Source: Octopus vulgaris
Lineage: Eukaryota
Direction: 5' to 3'
NCBI GenBank assembly: GCA_951406725.2
Contig: OX597825.1
Location: 73,470,001 to 73,534,000, forward strand
DNA: 64,000 nucleotides
Positions within the stretch are counted from its first letter, which is position 1. Every line of letters starts with the position of its first letter. The position numbers and the translations under genes are program-made. Positions 41,498-55,929 of this stretch are shown here, in pieces. The notes under the pieces were generated by a model. It was given only the letters and a program-made list of their open reading frames with translations. It had not been told where the DNA came from and did not search any database.

Positions 41498-41636
41498 ATG
41501 AAAGTGAGGATGATGAGGATGATGAGGATGATGATGATGATGATGATGGTGATGGCAATGATGGTGATGATGATGATGATGATGACGATGGCAATGATGA
41601 TGACAATGATGGCGATGAGGATGATGATGATGATGG

Positions 41637-41688
<52 letters not shown>

Positions 41689-41815
41689 AATGATGAGGAT
41701 GATGAGGATGATAAGGATGATGATGATAATGATGATAATGATGATGATGATGATGATAATGTTGATGACGATGATGGCGATGTTGATGATGATGGCGATG
41801 ATGATGATGACGATT
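41498..41815. repeat. Degenerate (GAT)n tract
   Basis: Expanded tail of a family C copy. Similar tracts at 30290-30625 and 48625-49090. Confidence 0.95.
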
Positions 41816-42734
41816 ATAATAACATCATAATTTAGTAAATGTTGAGTGAGAATGATTTTACTGGGTGTTGTTTTTTTGGTGGGGCGGAGGGTTTATTTGT
41901 TGCATATAAAAAAAAAAAGATTGTCTGGAATTTGAACCAATTTGATATCGAGGGCAAAAGACTTAAAATTAGATGTTTACACATCAATCTCACACATTAA
42001 TGTCACTCATTTTAATAGTTTTTATAATCACTGATTAAGGGGGAAAAAGAGGAAAGAAACAGAGAACCATATGCTGTCTCTTTGCAAACTTTGTAGCCTT
42101 TTCTAAATAATGCTTTTTAAAAAATGATTTTTCCTTCTGGCAACGTAAAAAGTCACTTTGGTAGTCATTAATGGATTGCAGTATGCTTTTGTTTTACTCA
42201 TTTAAAATTTGTGAAATAAAAACATCATCATTATCATCATTGTTGTCATTATTGTCGTTGTCGACGTCATCATTGTCATCATTTAACATCTGTTTTCCAT
42301 GCTGGTATGGGTTGGATGAGTTGGCAAGATCCGATTGGATACAAGGCACATTGTGCTCTAGTGTCAATTTTGGCATGGCCCCTAGGGCTGAGTGCCATTC
42401 CAAATGCAATGTGTACTTTGCATCAAATGGTGAACCACTGCTCAGCGATAGTCCAATTCCTTTTCCATTGAGCGGGTGAGAAAATCACAGAATAATTATT
42501 ATTAAAGGCTGTGAGCTGGCAGAGACGTTAGCATGCCAAGCGAAATGCTTAGCGGTATTTCATCTGCTGTTACGTTCTGACTACCAAATCCCTTCACAAG
42601 TCTTTGGTTGGCCTGAGGCGATAGTAAAAGACCCTTGCCTAAGGTGCCTCACAGTGTGACAGAACTCTGGACCATCGTGACCGTGTAGCAAACTTCTTAC
42701 CACCAGCTATGCTTTCACCGTATGTTAACATACA

Positions 42735-43005
42735 CTCTTTTACACGTTTCAGTCATTTAACTGTGGCCATGCTGGAGCACCGCCTTTTGTCGAACAAATC
42801 AACCCCAGGACTTATTCTTTGTCATCCTAGTACTTATTTTAATGGTCTCTTTTGCCGAACTGCTAAGTTTCAGGGACATAAACACACCAACATCAGTTGT
42901 CAAGCGATGGCAGGGGCACATAAACAGACACAAAAACACACACACACACATATATATATACATACACACACATACACACATATATATATACATACACACA
43001 CACAC

Positions 43006-43058
<53 letters not shown>

Positions 43059-43218
43059 CACACACGATGGGCTTCTTTCAGTTTCTGTCTATCAAATCCA
43101 CTCACAAGGTTTTGGTCAACCCCAAGCTATAGTAGAAGACACCTACCCAAGATGTCACGCAGTGGGACTGAACCTAGAACCATGTGGTTGCGAAGCAAGC
43201 TTCTTACCACACAGCCAT
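42735..43218 (-). mobile_element. SINE family A
   Basis: Reverse complement of family A with an expanded internal microsatellite. Confidence 0.85.
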
Positions 43219-43792
43219 ACAGAGAAAATATCTAAACATCTTTTCCACAACTAACATATTCTCAAATATCTGCAAGTTATTGTGTTGCTATGTAATTATG
43301 TGAAAGTAAACACATTTTCATTGCATATACAATGTTTTAAACTAATTTAAACTTTCAAAAAAACTCCCTTCCTCTTGCTCAGCATATGCAGATCATATGT
43401 TTAAATATAGCTGAGCCATGTGCTTAATTTCCAAACGACGTTCTAAAAACAGTAAAATTTCGTAACATAAAATTTTTAAAAAATAATAATTTATAATTTA
43501 ATAATTTATTTTTTATATGTTATTTTAGGAATTATTGATAAAGCTGTTAGTCTTCCTCGCTTTATTAGTGGGATGCTCTAGCAAATAAAACAACAACAGA
43601 ATCAAAACCAAACAAACAAGCCGTATGAAAACAGAAGCACTTAAAATTTTAGTGGTTAGATATATTAGATAGAGGAGACATTGATCGTAGTCACACACAG
43701 CTATTTATTTATAAGCAACACAACTGCTTATTACCGACTGTGCTATTTTAGCATAATTTTTCCCTTATTTTCCTTAAATAAATTTAATATCT

Positions 43793-43865
43793 GGGGAATT
43801 AGCTCAGATGGTTGAGCACTTGCTAAGCAAGTGGAAAGACATTAGTTTCAATATTCGCATTGTCC
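43793..43865 (+). pseudogene. tRNA-Ala(AGC) pseudogene
   Basis: GGGGAATTAGCTCAGATGGTTGAGCACTTGCTAAGCAAGTGG...CGCATTGTCC aligns colinearly with metazoan tRNA-Ala AGC. A box retained, T arm/B box degenerate, followed by TTTT. Confidence 0.75.
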
Positions 43866-43897
43866 TTTTAAGTTTTATTTTTATTATTCTATTGTAT

Positions 43898-44058
43898 GGT
43901 GTAGTGGCTGTGTGGTAAGTAGCTTGCTTACCAACCACATGGTTCCGGGTTCACTCCCACTGCGTGGCACTTGGGCAAGTGTCTTCTACTACAGCCTCGG
44001 GCCCACCAAAGCCTTGTGAGTGGATTTGGTAGACAGAAACTGAAAGAAACCCATCGTA

Positions 44059-44103
<45 letters not shown>

Positions 44104-44301
44104 ATGTGTTTGTGTGTCTGTGTTTGTCCCCACAACATCGCTTGACAACGAATGCTGGTGTGTTTACGTTCCCGTAACTTAGCAATTCGGCAACAGAGAC
44201 CAATAGAATAAGTATTAGGCTTACAAAGAATAAGTCCCAGGGTCGATTTGCTCGACTAAAGGTGGTGCTCCAGCATGGCCACAGTCAAATGACTGAAACA
44301 G
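43898..44301 (+). mobile_element. SINE family A
   Basis: Colinear with 51050-51450. Confidence 0.88.
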
Positions 44302-47106
44302 CGATCTTGCAATTATGGGTGCAATGCCTCTACCACTTGGCCACACACCCTCACAATTATTACATGTACAACCTATTCAATCACTTTTTTTTAATATACT
44401 GACCTTGGCAGAGTTTGAACCTGCAACACATAGACATGAAAAGCTGCTCAGCACTTTGCCCGAGATGCTAACAATCAAGGACTAATATTCCTGCTACCAG
44501 ATAAGGATTTGAGCAGGCAGAATCATTAGCCATGCTGGGCAAAATGTTTTGTGGCATTTTGTCTGTCCTTATGTCCCGAGTTCAAATTCCACCAAGGTTG
44601 AGTCTGCCTTTCATCTTTTCAGAGACAAAATAAATACCATTTGAGCACTGGCGTTGATCTCATCGAAATTGCTGGGTTTGTGCCAAAATTTGAAACCAAT
44701 ATTACTGCTATCATAACTTAATTGCAACCATCTCTATGGCCATGAACAGCATTTAGTTAAAGAATTCATTCTAAACTTATCCATCAAAGAATTAAAATGG
44801 TTTCAGAGAACAATGGTAGGATTCGTGAAATAGAGAAGTGGAACTATTTCACCTTTGTAATTATATAATAGCTGGCGCTTTCGAGTTTGGATTTAATCTA
44901 AGCAGGTTGTGAAAGAAGAGACGTGATAGATCTGACTGAGGTTTCTATAGATTAATTAAGCAATTTTTAAACGGAGAAGTTTCTTTCTGCTATCAAAAGA
45001 CAGAACAGACAAGTTGAGGATATTAAAAAAAAAAAAAATAAATAAAAAAATAAAAAAAAGGGAACAAAAATAAAACAAGGAAAACAAAGAAACATGCAGA
45101 ATCTGTAGCAGTGTAGAAGTGAGTAAACAATGAAAGCATCATTATGGCATCTACAGGAATGGTTATTATCAAATGTATTGCATGCTACTTTGAAAAGAAT
45201 GCAACACAAGACAATAACAACAACAACAACAACAACACCAACAATAACAGCAACAACAACAACAGCAACAGCAAACTGACTGTAATCTTGTCTATGTAAG
45301 TTTATTTCTCCTAGCATTGACAAATTGAGAAGAAGCATATTTTTGAAATGTATTCTTTTCACCAAAAATGTACGGCTATGATTTGATTTTAAATGAAAAC
45401 AAATATTGCAGAAATGTCAAATCTGTTGTAACACCATTAATTTTGTTTACTAAATAGATAAATAAATAAATAAATAAATAAATAAGTGTAAACAAATTTA
45501 AAATTTTTGAATCTTTGTGACAAGTTCCTTGCGAAGGAAGAATGTGGTAGTAAAAACAAAACAAAGATTAAAGAATTTTCTTATAAATTTCTTTGATTTA
45601 TATATATTTTCCTGAACATTTATCCGAAAGCATGTGGCATAGTGGTTAGAGTGTTGCGCCAATGATTGTAAGATTATGGTTTCAAATCCTAGACCAAGCA
45701 CTGCATTGTGTTCCTGAACATAAACACTACATTTCATCATTGCTCCAATGCACCTAGCTGTCCAGTATGATAGGACATCTACATCAGTGGCAGGCTGTAA
45801 AGGGGAGAGTAAGTCGTCTTTTCTGTCTGTAGACTGGGGTGGCACTTTAGGTATGTGCTAGCGACCCCTTAGGCTCCTGTGCCAGGGATATAGCAAAGAT
45901 GTTGGCAGCAGGACATCGGATAAGCAACAAGGTAAGGAGTCTTTGACCAATGGCTTCAAGGTTGCTGTGACCAAAACTTTAGTTGAACAAATCATTACTA
46001 ATTACTAATCATTACTAATTTTAAAAAAATCTTAGTCCTTAGTTTCTCAGTCTCTTTTGCCAAACTGCTAAGTTATGAGGGACATGAACAAACTGGCACC
46101 TGTTGTGAAGCAATGGTGGGGGGAAAACACCTACTCTAAGACACACACATACATACATACCTACATACATATATACATGCATATATGCATACACACACAC
46201 ACACACACACATACACACACACACACACATGTAATAATGGAGAAAGCTGCTTATTAATTAGGTATGTTCAGTTGCTAAAAGAAAGCAATTATTAAAGGCT
46301 TGACTGTCTGGAAATATTTTTATAAATCCATGTTCCAAGAAATTTCCTGTAATTTCTATTTATGAAATACAAGTAGTACAAGTACAAGTTTTTCACGAAT
46401 TTAAATATTCATTGCATTCACTGCGGAGAAGTTTTACTAAACAATATTAATTTGTTGCAAGTGTTCCTGTTTTCATTTGCAACAGTCTTTCAATCCCTCT
46501 CATCGCTATTTTCATTAATGATAATTTAATATATATTCATTTCAATGTTTTCATTTCAAGTTCTAATTTGCTATTTACAAAACCCACAGTTTATTCTATA
46601 TATGTAATGTAAAAAAATTATTTATTGAATGAATGAATGTAAGACAAAATAGCTGTATAACTTTGAGGTTTATGATGATATCAGTTTCCAGAGTTTGTTA
46701 AATGAATATTTTTGATAAAATGAAAATTTCTTAATATACTGATATAATTTTTAAAAAAATGATTTTGTTGGTATGGCTGTTTGGAATGCTATAAGCCTTA
46801 CAATAATAAATATGTGATTGTTACTATTTCTAGCATGCTAAACTTTGAAGTTTGTTTGAATTAAAGTATTTTATAACTACAATGAATTTCTGAAAGAAAT
46901 ATTTACTAAGCAAGTGAGATTTTTTATAAATTGAAGTTTTCAGGAAAATTCACTTTCTGAACTTCCTTTTATAATTGAATATTTCAAGTTCACAAATTTA
47001 AATATTCGATATAAGCTTTTATTTGTATTGTTTTTCTCATTTCATGTTTATTTCATACATTGTTTGCAATGTTCTCTTTCTCTCTCTCTCTCCCTCTCTC
47101 TCTCTT

Positions 47107-47138
<32 letters not shown>

Positions 47139-47217
47139 TTCAGCTTTGACTAGCAGAAAACTGCCCTCTGGGTGGTCTTTCTGCTAGTATATGTACAACC
47201 CCGCCACACATATTTAT

Positions 47218-47623
47218 GTGGCTGTGTGGTAAGTAACTTGTTTACCAACCACATGGTTCCGGGTTCAGTCCCACTGTGGTGGTACCTTGGGCAAGTGTCT
47301 TCTACTATAGCCTCGGGCCGACCAAAGCCTTGTGAGTGGATTTAGTAGACGGAAACTGAAAGAAGCCCGTCGTATATGTGTGTATATATGTGTATGCATG
47401 TGTGTTTGTGTGTCTGTATTTGTCCCCCTAGCATTACTTGACAACCGATGCTGGTGTGTTTATGTCCCCCGTTACTTAGTGGTTCGGCAAAAGAGACCGA
47501 TAGAATAAGTACTGGGCTTACAAAAGAATTAGTCCCGGGATCGATTTGCTCGACTAAAGGCAGTGCTCCAGCATGGCCGCAGTCAAATGACTGAAACAAG
47601 TAAAAAAAGAAAAAAAAAGAAAG
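47218..47623 (+). mobile_element. SINE family A
   Basis: Colinear with 51050-51450. Confidence 0.88.
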
Positions 47624-48706
47624 ATATATACAAAATCAATCCACAAGGCTTTAGTTAGCCCAGGGATATAGTAGAAGTCACTTGCCCTAGGTGACATGCA
47701 CTGGGACTGAACACAGAACCATGTGGTTGGGAAGCAAACTTATTACCACACAACTACACCTGTGCCTTCCAAGTATTAACTCCAAATTGCTGTTATGTTC
47801 TATAACCAGACAAAAGCTTGATGCACCAAAATTCTTCAGATGGAAGTTTCTTTATAAACAATTTTAATAACCATTTCCTTTTCAAAACAAACAATAAAGA
47901 ACACAAGGAACAGACAAAATCAAAACAACCGATAATAAATAACTGCAGCGATGAAAACATTAATTATAATGATAAACTTTGCCTGTAATTAGCACCATAA
48001 GGCCCCGGGTCATTCTTACCTAATTAACATATAAATGTTTCATCAACAGATAAAAATTCCCTAGTTGTGTCAAGAGATCATTTCTTTCAAACTAATTGGA
48101 ATGGCAATTCTTAAGGAAAGTTCTGGAAAATTGCACTGGAACTTTTGTCACTGTAAATGCTTGAGTGCATTCTGAGTTCAAGTCCTACCATGGTCAATTT
48201 TGACTTCCATCCTTTTGGGGTTTGATAACAAACATACCAATGAAGCATAGAGGCTGAAGTAATTGACTTTCCTCTCCTCTTAAAATTGTTAGTTCTGTGC
48301 CAAAATTACGAAGAATTATTACCAATAATTTGAGGGTTACCATGTAACTCCTTAACAAAAACAAAGCTGTTTTTCCTTAGTTCCTTCCCTCATCTTCCTG
48401 CAAGCCATTTCTCTTGTGGGGTTTGTTGTTTTTCAAGATCCATGGCAAGATTACTTTAGTGCTGGTGGCGCTAAAAAATTGAAAACACCCTTCTATATGG
48501 TGTGGAGTGTTTGGTATTAGGAAGGGATTCTGGTCATAGAAGCCATGCCAAAGTAGAAGATGGGGCACAACACAGTCCTCAAGCTTGTTGGATCCTGTCA
48601 AACAATCCTGTCTAACCCCTGCCATGATGAAAACAATGAAGATGATGATAATGATGATGATGATGACGATGATAATGATGATGATGGTAATGATGATGAT
48701 GAAAAA

Positions 48707-48743
<37 letters not shown>

Positions 48744-49479
48744 ATGATGTTGATGATGATGATGATGATGATGGTGATGATGGTGACGGTGATGATGATG
48801 AAGATGACGATGATGATGATGATAATGATGATAATGACAATGAAAATAATGATGATGCCGATGATGATGATGATGACGACAATGATGATGATTATGATAT
48901 GTTGATGATGAGGATGGGGATGGTGATGAAGAAGATGATGATGACAAAAACAGCAATGATGCTGATGGCAATGAAGACAATCATGATGATGACGACGATG
49001 ATGACAATGATGACGATGATGACGATGATGATGATGATGATGATATGACGACAACGACGACGACAACATCAACGATGACGACGACGACACGCAACAGTTA
49101 TAAACCCGATCACAGAAGCAGATCCTATATATTTCGAAGGTTAATTGTATGGAATATCGAAAGTGCCGTTTCAACTGGTTTACTTTGGCCATTGACACAC
49201 CACGGTCATCCGAAGTGACCTTCTGCTTCCCTTCCCATTAGACGACCATCCATTAGCTCACTAGTTGTAGTTCTGCTTGTAATCGTGGCACTGAGGCCAG
49301 CTGTATTCATTTCAATCAGATAACTACAAAACAACTGAAACAAATAAATCATGCATTGTGTTTTGTTTTTGTTTTGTTTTGGTTTTTTTTTGTCTTGTTT
49401 GCTTATAATTTTTTTTTTTTGTTCCTATTTTTGTTGACGTTATTTCTGACGGAATCACATTGGCAGTATTGAGTATTGA

Positions 49480-49514
<35 letters not shown>

Positions 49515-49579
49515 ATTAAAAAGTAAAGACAGTTTATTTATTTACTCATTTTTTTTCATTTATATATTCATTCATTTAT

Positions 49580-49646
<67 letters not shown>

Positions 49647-49896
49647 TATATGCATATATATATACATACATATATATATATATATATACATATATATATG
49701 CATATATATATATATATATAGCATATATATGCATATATATATGCATATATATATATGCATATATATATGCATATATATATATGCATATATATATATGTGT
49801 GTGTGTGTATATGTTTATATAAATATATATATATATAATATACATATATATGCCTACACATATACATATATGAATACATGTGTATATATATCTATC

Positions 49897-49931
<35 letters not shown>

Positions 49932-49979
49932 TCTGTATGTATGTGTGTGTATATATATATATATATATGTATGTGTATG

Positions 49980-50054
<75 letters not shown>

Positions 50055-50555
50055 GTATATATATATATATATATTAATGTATGTATGAAATCAAAGTACA
50101 AGTGATATATTACAGAGTTGTTGTTGTTGTTGTTGTTGGGAGGTGGTGGTGGTGGTGCTGCTGCTGTTGCTGTTGTTGTTGTTATTGTGCTTGCTTAGCA
50201 CCGAGCTGGCTCTGAGCTGTGATCAAACAGACCTATGATCAAAGGACTCCTGGCTATAACAATCCTGTCTTTGTCAGGCATAATGTATCTGGGACTACAT
50301 TATTCAATGTGGCCATTTTCTTTTCTTTTCTTTCCGTTTCTTTTCCTAAGACTCCGGAGTGAGAGTCAAGCAGTGTATCATAAGAGTTGTTAAAGTATGT
50401 GTTTCGATACATAGCAGTGTGTGTTCCCAGCCTCTAGATTCTGAGTTCAAATCTCACAGCTGCAGTTCACTTTTTCTTTCATTTTGTGCATTTGTGAATG
50501 TGTTTGTGTGTGCATGCATGTGTCTATGTGGCTCTATGTGTGTACGTAGCTGTGC

Positions 50556-50599
<44 letters not shown>

Positions 50600-50803
50600 A
50601 TGTATATATATATGCATATGTATATAAATTTTATGTACACCAGGTAACACACGTAAATACACAACACAAACACACACAAATACAAACACACACAAACACT
50701 CACACACACTCACACACATCTATATATATATATATATGCTATTAAGTTAGACATGGCCTGGGCCAATAATGGCCGAAACCTATCAAAGTATCAAAGTATC
50801 AAA

Positions 50804-50851
<48 letters not shown>

Positions 50852-50970
50852 TATATGGATGTTCACATATACACATACACATGTATGCTCAGTGCGAACT
50901 TTTGTAGGTATATGTAGATCTATATAGATATATACGTTGCATATATATATATATACACACATATATATAC

Positions 50971-51049
<79 letters not shown>

Positions 51050-51050
<1 letters not shown>

Positions 51051-51450
51051 CGCAGGAGTGGCTGTGTGGTAAGTAGCTTGCTAACCAACCACATGGTTCC
51101 GGGTTCAGTCCCACTGCGTAGCATCTTGGGCTAGTGTCTTCTGCTATAGCCCCGGGCCGACCAATGCCTTGTGAGTGGATTTGGTAGACGGAAACTGAAA
51201 GAAGCCTGTCGTATATATGTATATATATATATATATGTGTGTGTGTGTTTGTGTGTCTGTGTTTGTCCCCCTAGTATTGCTTGACAACCGATGCTGGTGT
51301 GTTTACATCCCTGTCACTTAGCGGTTCGGCAAAAGAGACCGATAGAATACAAAGAATAAGTCCCGGGGTCGATTTGGTCGACTAAAGGCGGTGCTCCAGC
51401 ATGGCCGCAGTCAAATGACTGAAACAAGTAAAAGAGTAAAGAGTAAAGAG
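51050..51450 (+). mobile_element. tRNA-derived SINE family A, full length
   Basis: A box tggctgtgtggtaag, B box ggttcagtccc, internal (TA/TG)n, tail ...gactgaaacaagtaaaagagtaaagag. More than 12 copies in the window. Confidence 0.88.
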
Positions 51451-51466
51451 TATATATATATATCTC

Positions 51467-51935
51467 AATGACTGGCAACCATGCCAGTGGAGTGGTAACA
51501 GCTCTATACAAGTGGGATCACTGCCAGTGTAGCTGTCTGGCACGTAAAGAGCACCATTTGAGCGTGATCATTGTCAGCATCGCCACACTGGCACTTGTGC
51601 CGGTGGCGTATGAACTAAACATTTGGGCGAGGTCATTGCCGGTGCTGCTGGACTGACTCTTATGCAGGTGGCTCGTAAAAAACACTATTTTCAAGCGTGG
51701 CCATAGCCAGTACTGCCAGACTGGCCCTTGTGCTGGTGGCACTTTAGAAGCACCCACTACACTCTCAGAGTGGTTGGCGTTAGGAAGGGCATCCAGTTGT
51801 AGAAACTCTGCCAGATCAGAATGGAGACTGGTGCAGCCATCTGGTTCGCCAGACCTTAGTCAAATCGTCCAACCCATGCTAGCATGGAAAGCGGATGTTA
51901 AATGATGATGAGGATGATCATGATGATGATGATGA
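51467..51935 (+). mobile_element. Family C retroposon copy
   Basis: Colinear with 19530-20002, (GAT)n tail. Confidence 0.8.
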
Positions 51936-51953
51936 TATATATATGTGTGTGTG

Positions 51954-51984
<31 letters not shown>

Positions 51985-52293
51985 GTATATATATATGTAT
52001 ATATATATATTTATATATATATATATATACTTATATATATTTATGTATGCATATATATATGTATGTATATGTTTGTGTATACATACACATGCATAAAAAA
52101 ATCTGTATTTACTTGCCCATACCCACTTTCACAAGCACATACACACACACACGCGCACACACACACACACACATGTCTGTAATTATGTTTGAGTTTATAA
52201 AAAAAAATGGGTAAAAATACTCAATGCTTAGTGTAAATCTTAAATCCTCTATTGCTTTTCAGAGCAACCAGAACATTATAATGTGTATATGTG

Positions 52294-52345
<52 letters not shown>

Positions 52346-52459
52346 CTTGTGTGTGTGTATATATAAATATATATATATCAATATAAATATTATAAATATA
52401 TATATAGATACATACATGAATCTATATATATGTGTGAGCATGTGTATGTATAAATGTAA

Positions 52460-52507
<48 letters not shown>

Positions 52508-54407
52508 GCATACATACACCCATATATATATATATATATACATATACATGTGTGTGTAGATATATAGACATATACAAACACATATATATATATGTATATA
52601 TATATGTGTGTGTATATATCTACACACACATATGTATGTATGTATGTACATATGTACGTATGTACATATGTACGTATGTACATATTTGCATGTATAGCAG
52701 ATAAGAGATGATTAGTGATTATAAATCCAATGTTGTACTTCATTCAGCCTTCTTCTGAATACTGGCTACGAAAGTGTCTGTGTGTAGACGGTTTACCTTA
52801 AAGGAAACCATCCATACCAACTCAGATTCTAGGGCTGATAAATTAATTACAGAATATAGCATAAGCTGCAGAGTTTATGATATTATATTGGATTCTTTAG
52901 TTATGTGTGTTTCAACACCACACATGGAATATTTATATCATCAACATAAATATGAATACTGTGAAATTGTAATATTACAACAAAGTATAAGTAAGCTATA
53001 TGCATCTTATCAGGCAAAGGTTTAAATGTATTACTTTTGAACCATGTAGTGATGAAACACATGTAACTAAGGAATTGAAGATAATACCATAAATTCCACT
53101 CTTCAAATATATATATATATATGTGCACATATATGTGTGTGTGTTTTCATATATATGTATATAAACGTACACACACATACACATGCATACACACACACAT
53201 ATATACACCTACACATGCACGGATGTCCATACATACACACACATATGCTAGGATGTATGTGTGTGTCTGTTTGTGTGTATGTAAGTGTATACACACACAC
53301 ATAAATACATATACCTGTATATATGTGTGTATATATATATGTATATGTGTATATATGTATACATGTATGTATATATGTATATATGCTCAGCTATAATAAA
53401 AACAATAGTACATTAATCTGATGAGTAACTCTATACTTATTTAAAGAAACAAATTTGTTTTTCTCAAACCAAAATATTATTGACAATGACTTTGAAGATT
53501 TGGCCAGCTAAGCCATTGCCGGATTGCAATGTATTGAAGTTAATCTTGGCTTTATATAAATCAATTTTTGAAATTAAATTTTATTCCCATTTTTATATAC
53601 ACAGCTTTTATAATGCCCAATTTTCACATATACATAGGCCTAAAATAATATATTATAAAATACCCATGTTTGAAACAGAATTGAAGAAATATTTATAAGC
53701 ACATGGAACAAACTCTGCCTCCATATAATACAAAGGTTAAAATTCCTACATTTTAATGAAATTGTTTATAGAACAAAGAACCCCTAGAGAGAAATATACT
53801 TACAAAGGACACATATCCTCTTGTGAACTTAAACCACAAGATAAACAAATTTCTATACTAAAAACACCATGACAGGTAAGACCAATAACACTCACCTCCC
53901 AAATACAAACAGGAAATACCCTAAATAACAACAAGCAAAGAAACTGACTAATCAACACATACCACTTACTTACATTCTTTTGTGAACCCTTAAAAAATTC
54001 CATTACAAAAATGTTGACACACACAGTTGTTAAGTTTTTAAATACTGGACTAGACTTTGAAACTTTGGCATATATATTTTCAGAGGAAAGGAATAAATAC
54101 AACAAAACCCCAAATAGTTAAGACTACTGGTACATCCTAGACCTACCTAATTCGTTTTTGTGAATCACTGAGAAACAATCCTATGACTTGACTGAGACAC
54201 GTCTAAACATACCTGCTTACAAAGACCTACAATAATGAACAACCTTTATATAATAACACAATTGGAAATTTATTCAATAAAAAATTCTCCATGACACCTT
54301 TCTATTACAAGCCACCTTACAACCTAATTTACTGCTCCACTCAAACCCAAGGAAGATTTTAACTCAACAAAGACTATGTAGAACCAAGATTAACTTCAAT
54401 GCATCAC

Positions 54408-54450
54408 AGTCTGATGAAGGCTTATCTGACTGAAACTTTGAAGTGTCACT
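54408..54450 (+). ncRNA. Degenerate hammerhead motif
   Basis: agt-CTGATGA-aggcttatctgact-GAAA-C tttgaagt G-TC-act. Core and 3-bp stem I are present, stem II is weak. Just upstream of a (TA)n tract. Confidence 0.5.
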
Positions 54451-54483
54451 ATCAATAATATTCTTGTTTAAGAATAGAAAAAG

Positions 54484-54617
<134 letters not shown>

Positions 54618-55111
54618 TAAATATATATATATATATGCACATTTATGTGTGTGTATGTAAATATATACATATGTATGTGTGCAAAGCATGCATGTACACA
54701 TGCACACATATACAGTATATACACGTACACACAGGCCACATATATGTACAGACATCACAGAGAGAAAGCATCAGCCCACAATTAACCATGAGTCAAGCTG
54801 AGATACGCTACACTTGTAGGATATAACATGATATAAGGTTCTCTCTCTCTCTCTAGAAGTATATTATATAAGACACATATTGTATAATAATTCCTGTATG
54901 TCAATGTTCTTTCTTAATTATATAACATAACAAGATACATTATAACAAAGATATCTTAATTCTATATATAGCAAAAGAAAAGAAAACGAAAAACAAAAAC
55001 AAAATAAAAGTAAGAAAATAAATGAAAAAAAAAAGAATAAAAATCGCAATTCTTGTTGTTTATTACTTTGTATCAGAAGTGACATGTAGAGATAAAGTAA
55101 ATCGTACTCAC

Positions 55112-55247
55112 CATAACCCCTGTTGCTATTGCTATAGTCCGTCCACAATATGTGTTTGGCACAATATCACCATATCCAATAGATAGGAATGTTATAGATA
55201 TCATCCATAACGAATTAAGGATATTGGCATGTTTTGTATCGTGGTAA
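55112..55247 (-). CDS. KCNN: Internal exon of a small-conductance calcium-activated potassium channel (SK/KCNN), pore turret, P-loop and start of S6
   Basis: Translates to [45 protein letters not shown] with the GYGD selectivity filter and SK-type [22 protein letters not shown]. Pyrimidine tract plus TTTCAG acceptor (CAG at 55250-55248) and GTGAGT donor (55111-55106). The 1+135 nt layout matches the known SK pore exon boundaries (..R|YHD ... GIM|GAG). Confidence 0.96.
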
Positions 55248-55605
55248 CTGAAAGGAGAGACAAAAGAAGAAACGGTAATTATTTTGGTAGATATCAGCAT
55301 ATATGGAATCGGTCAAGGAACTTGTTATATAGTATTCAGAAAAGACAGAAAACAAAACAATGAAAGAAAGACAAAATTGATTGAGCTGGCATTGCTCTAT
55401 GGTTAAAGAAGCTCTTTTTCTCAATCATGTGGTTTTGGGTTCAGTCCCACTCAGTGGCACCTTGTGCGAGTGTCTTCTACCATAGCCCTGGACCAACCAA
55501 TGTCCTGCAAATGAATTTGGTGAACGCAAAACACAAACTGTGCATAGAAATCCATTGCACATCCGTCTGTCCATCCATCCATCCACTAATATTACTAGTT
55601 ACTAG

Positions 55606-55683
<78 letters not shown>

Positions 55684-55929
55684 ACAATTGCAGTGTGGAA
55701 GGTTTTTATAAGCCATTTAAGAAACACAAAAACCATTAGATTCACTTAAACGTTTAAATTTAATTTATCAAAATATTTTCGTCACTTTGTGACCAGCAAT
55801 TGTTTTTGTTCCAGCACACGATCTCAGATCAGGTCACTTGCTATGCAAGTACATCTCCATAATATATATATATGTATATATGTATAGGTGCAGATGTGGC
55901 TGCATGTTAAGAAGTTTTCTTCCTTAGAC

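Noticed and set aside
50755-50795. ggcc aataat ggcc GAAAC remnant before a TA tract
   Set aside because: The CUGANGA core is absent, so at best this is a dead fragment.
52797-52865. In-frame 69-nt candidate cassette exon on the minus strand (cag...AAG/gtaaac)
   Set aside because: No polypyrimidine tract, weak donor and no SK homology.
53418-53465. CTGATGA...GAAACAAATTTGTTT hammerhead-like motif
   Set aside because: Stems I and II do not pair in the required register.
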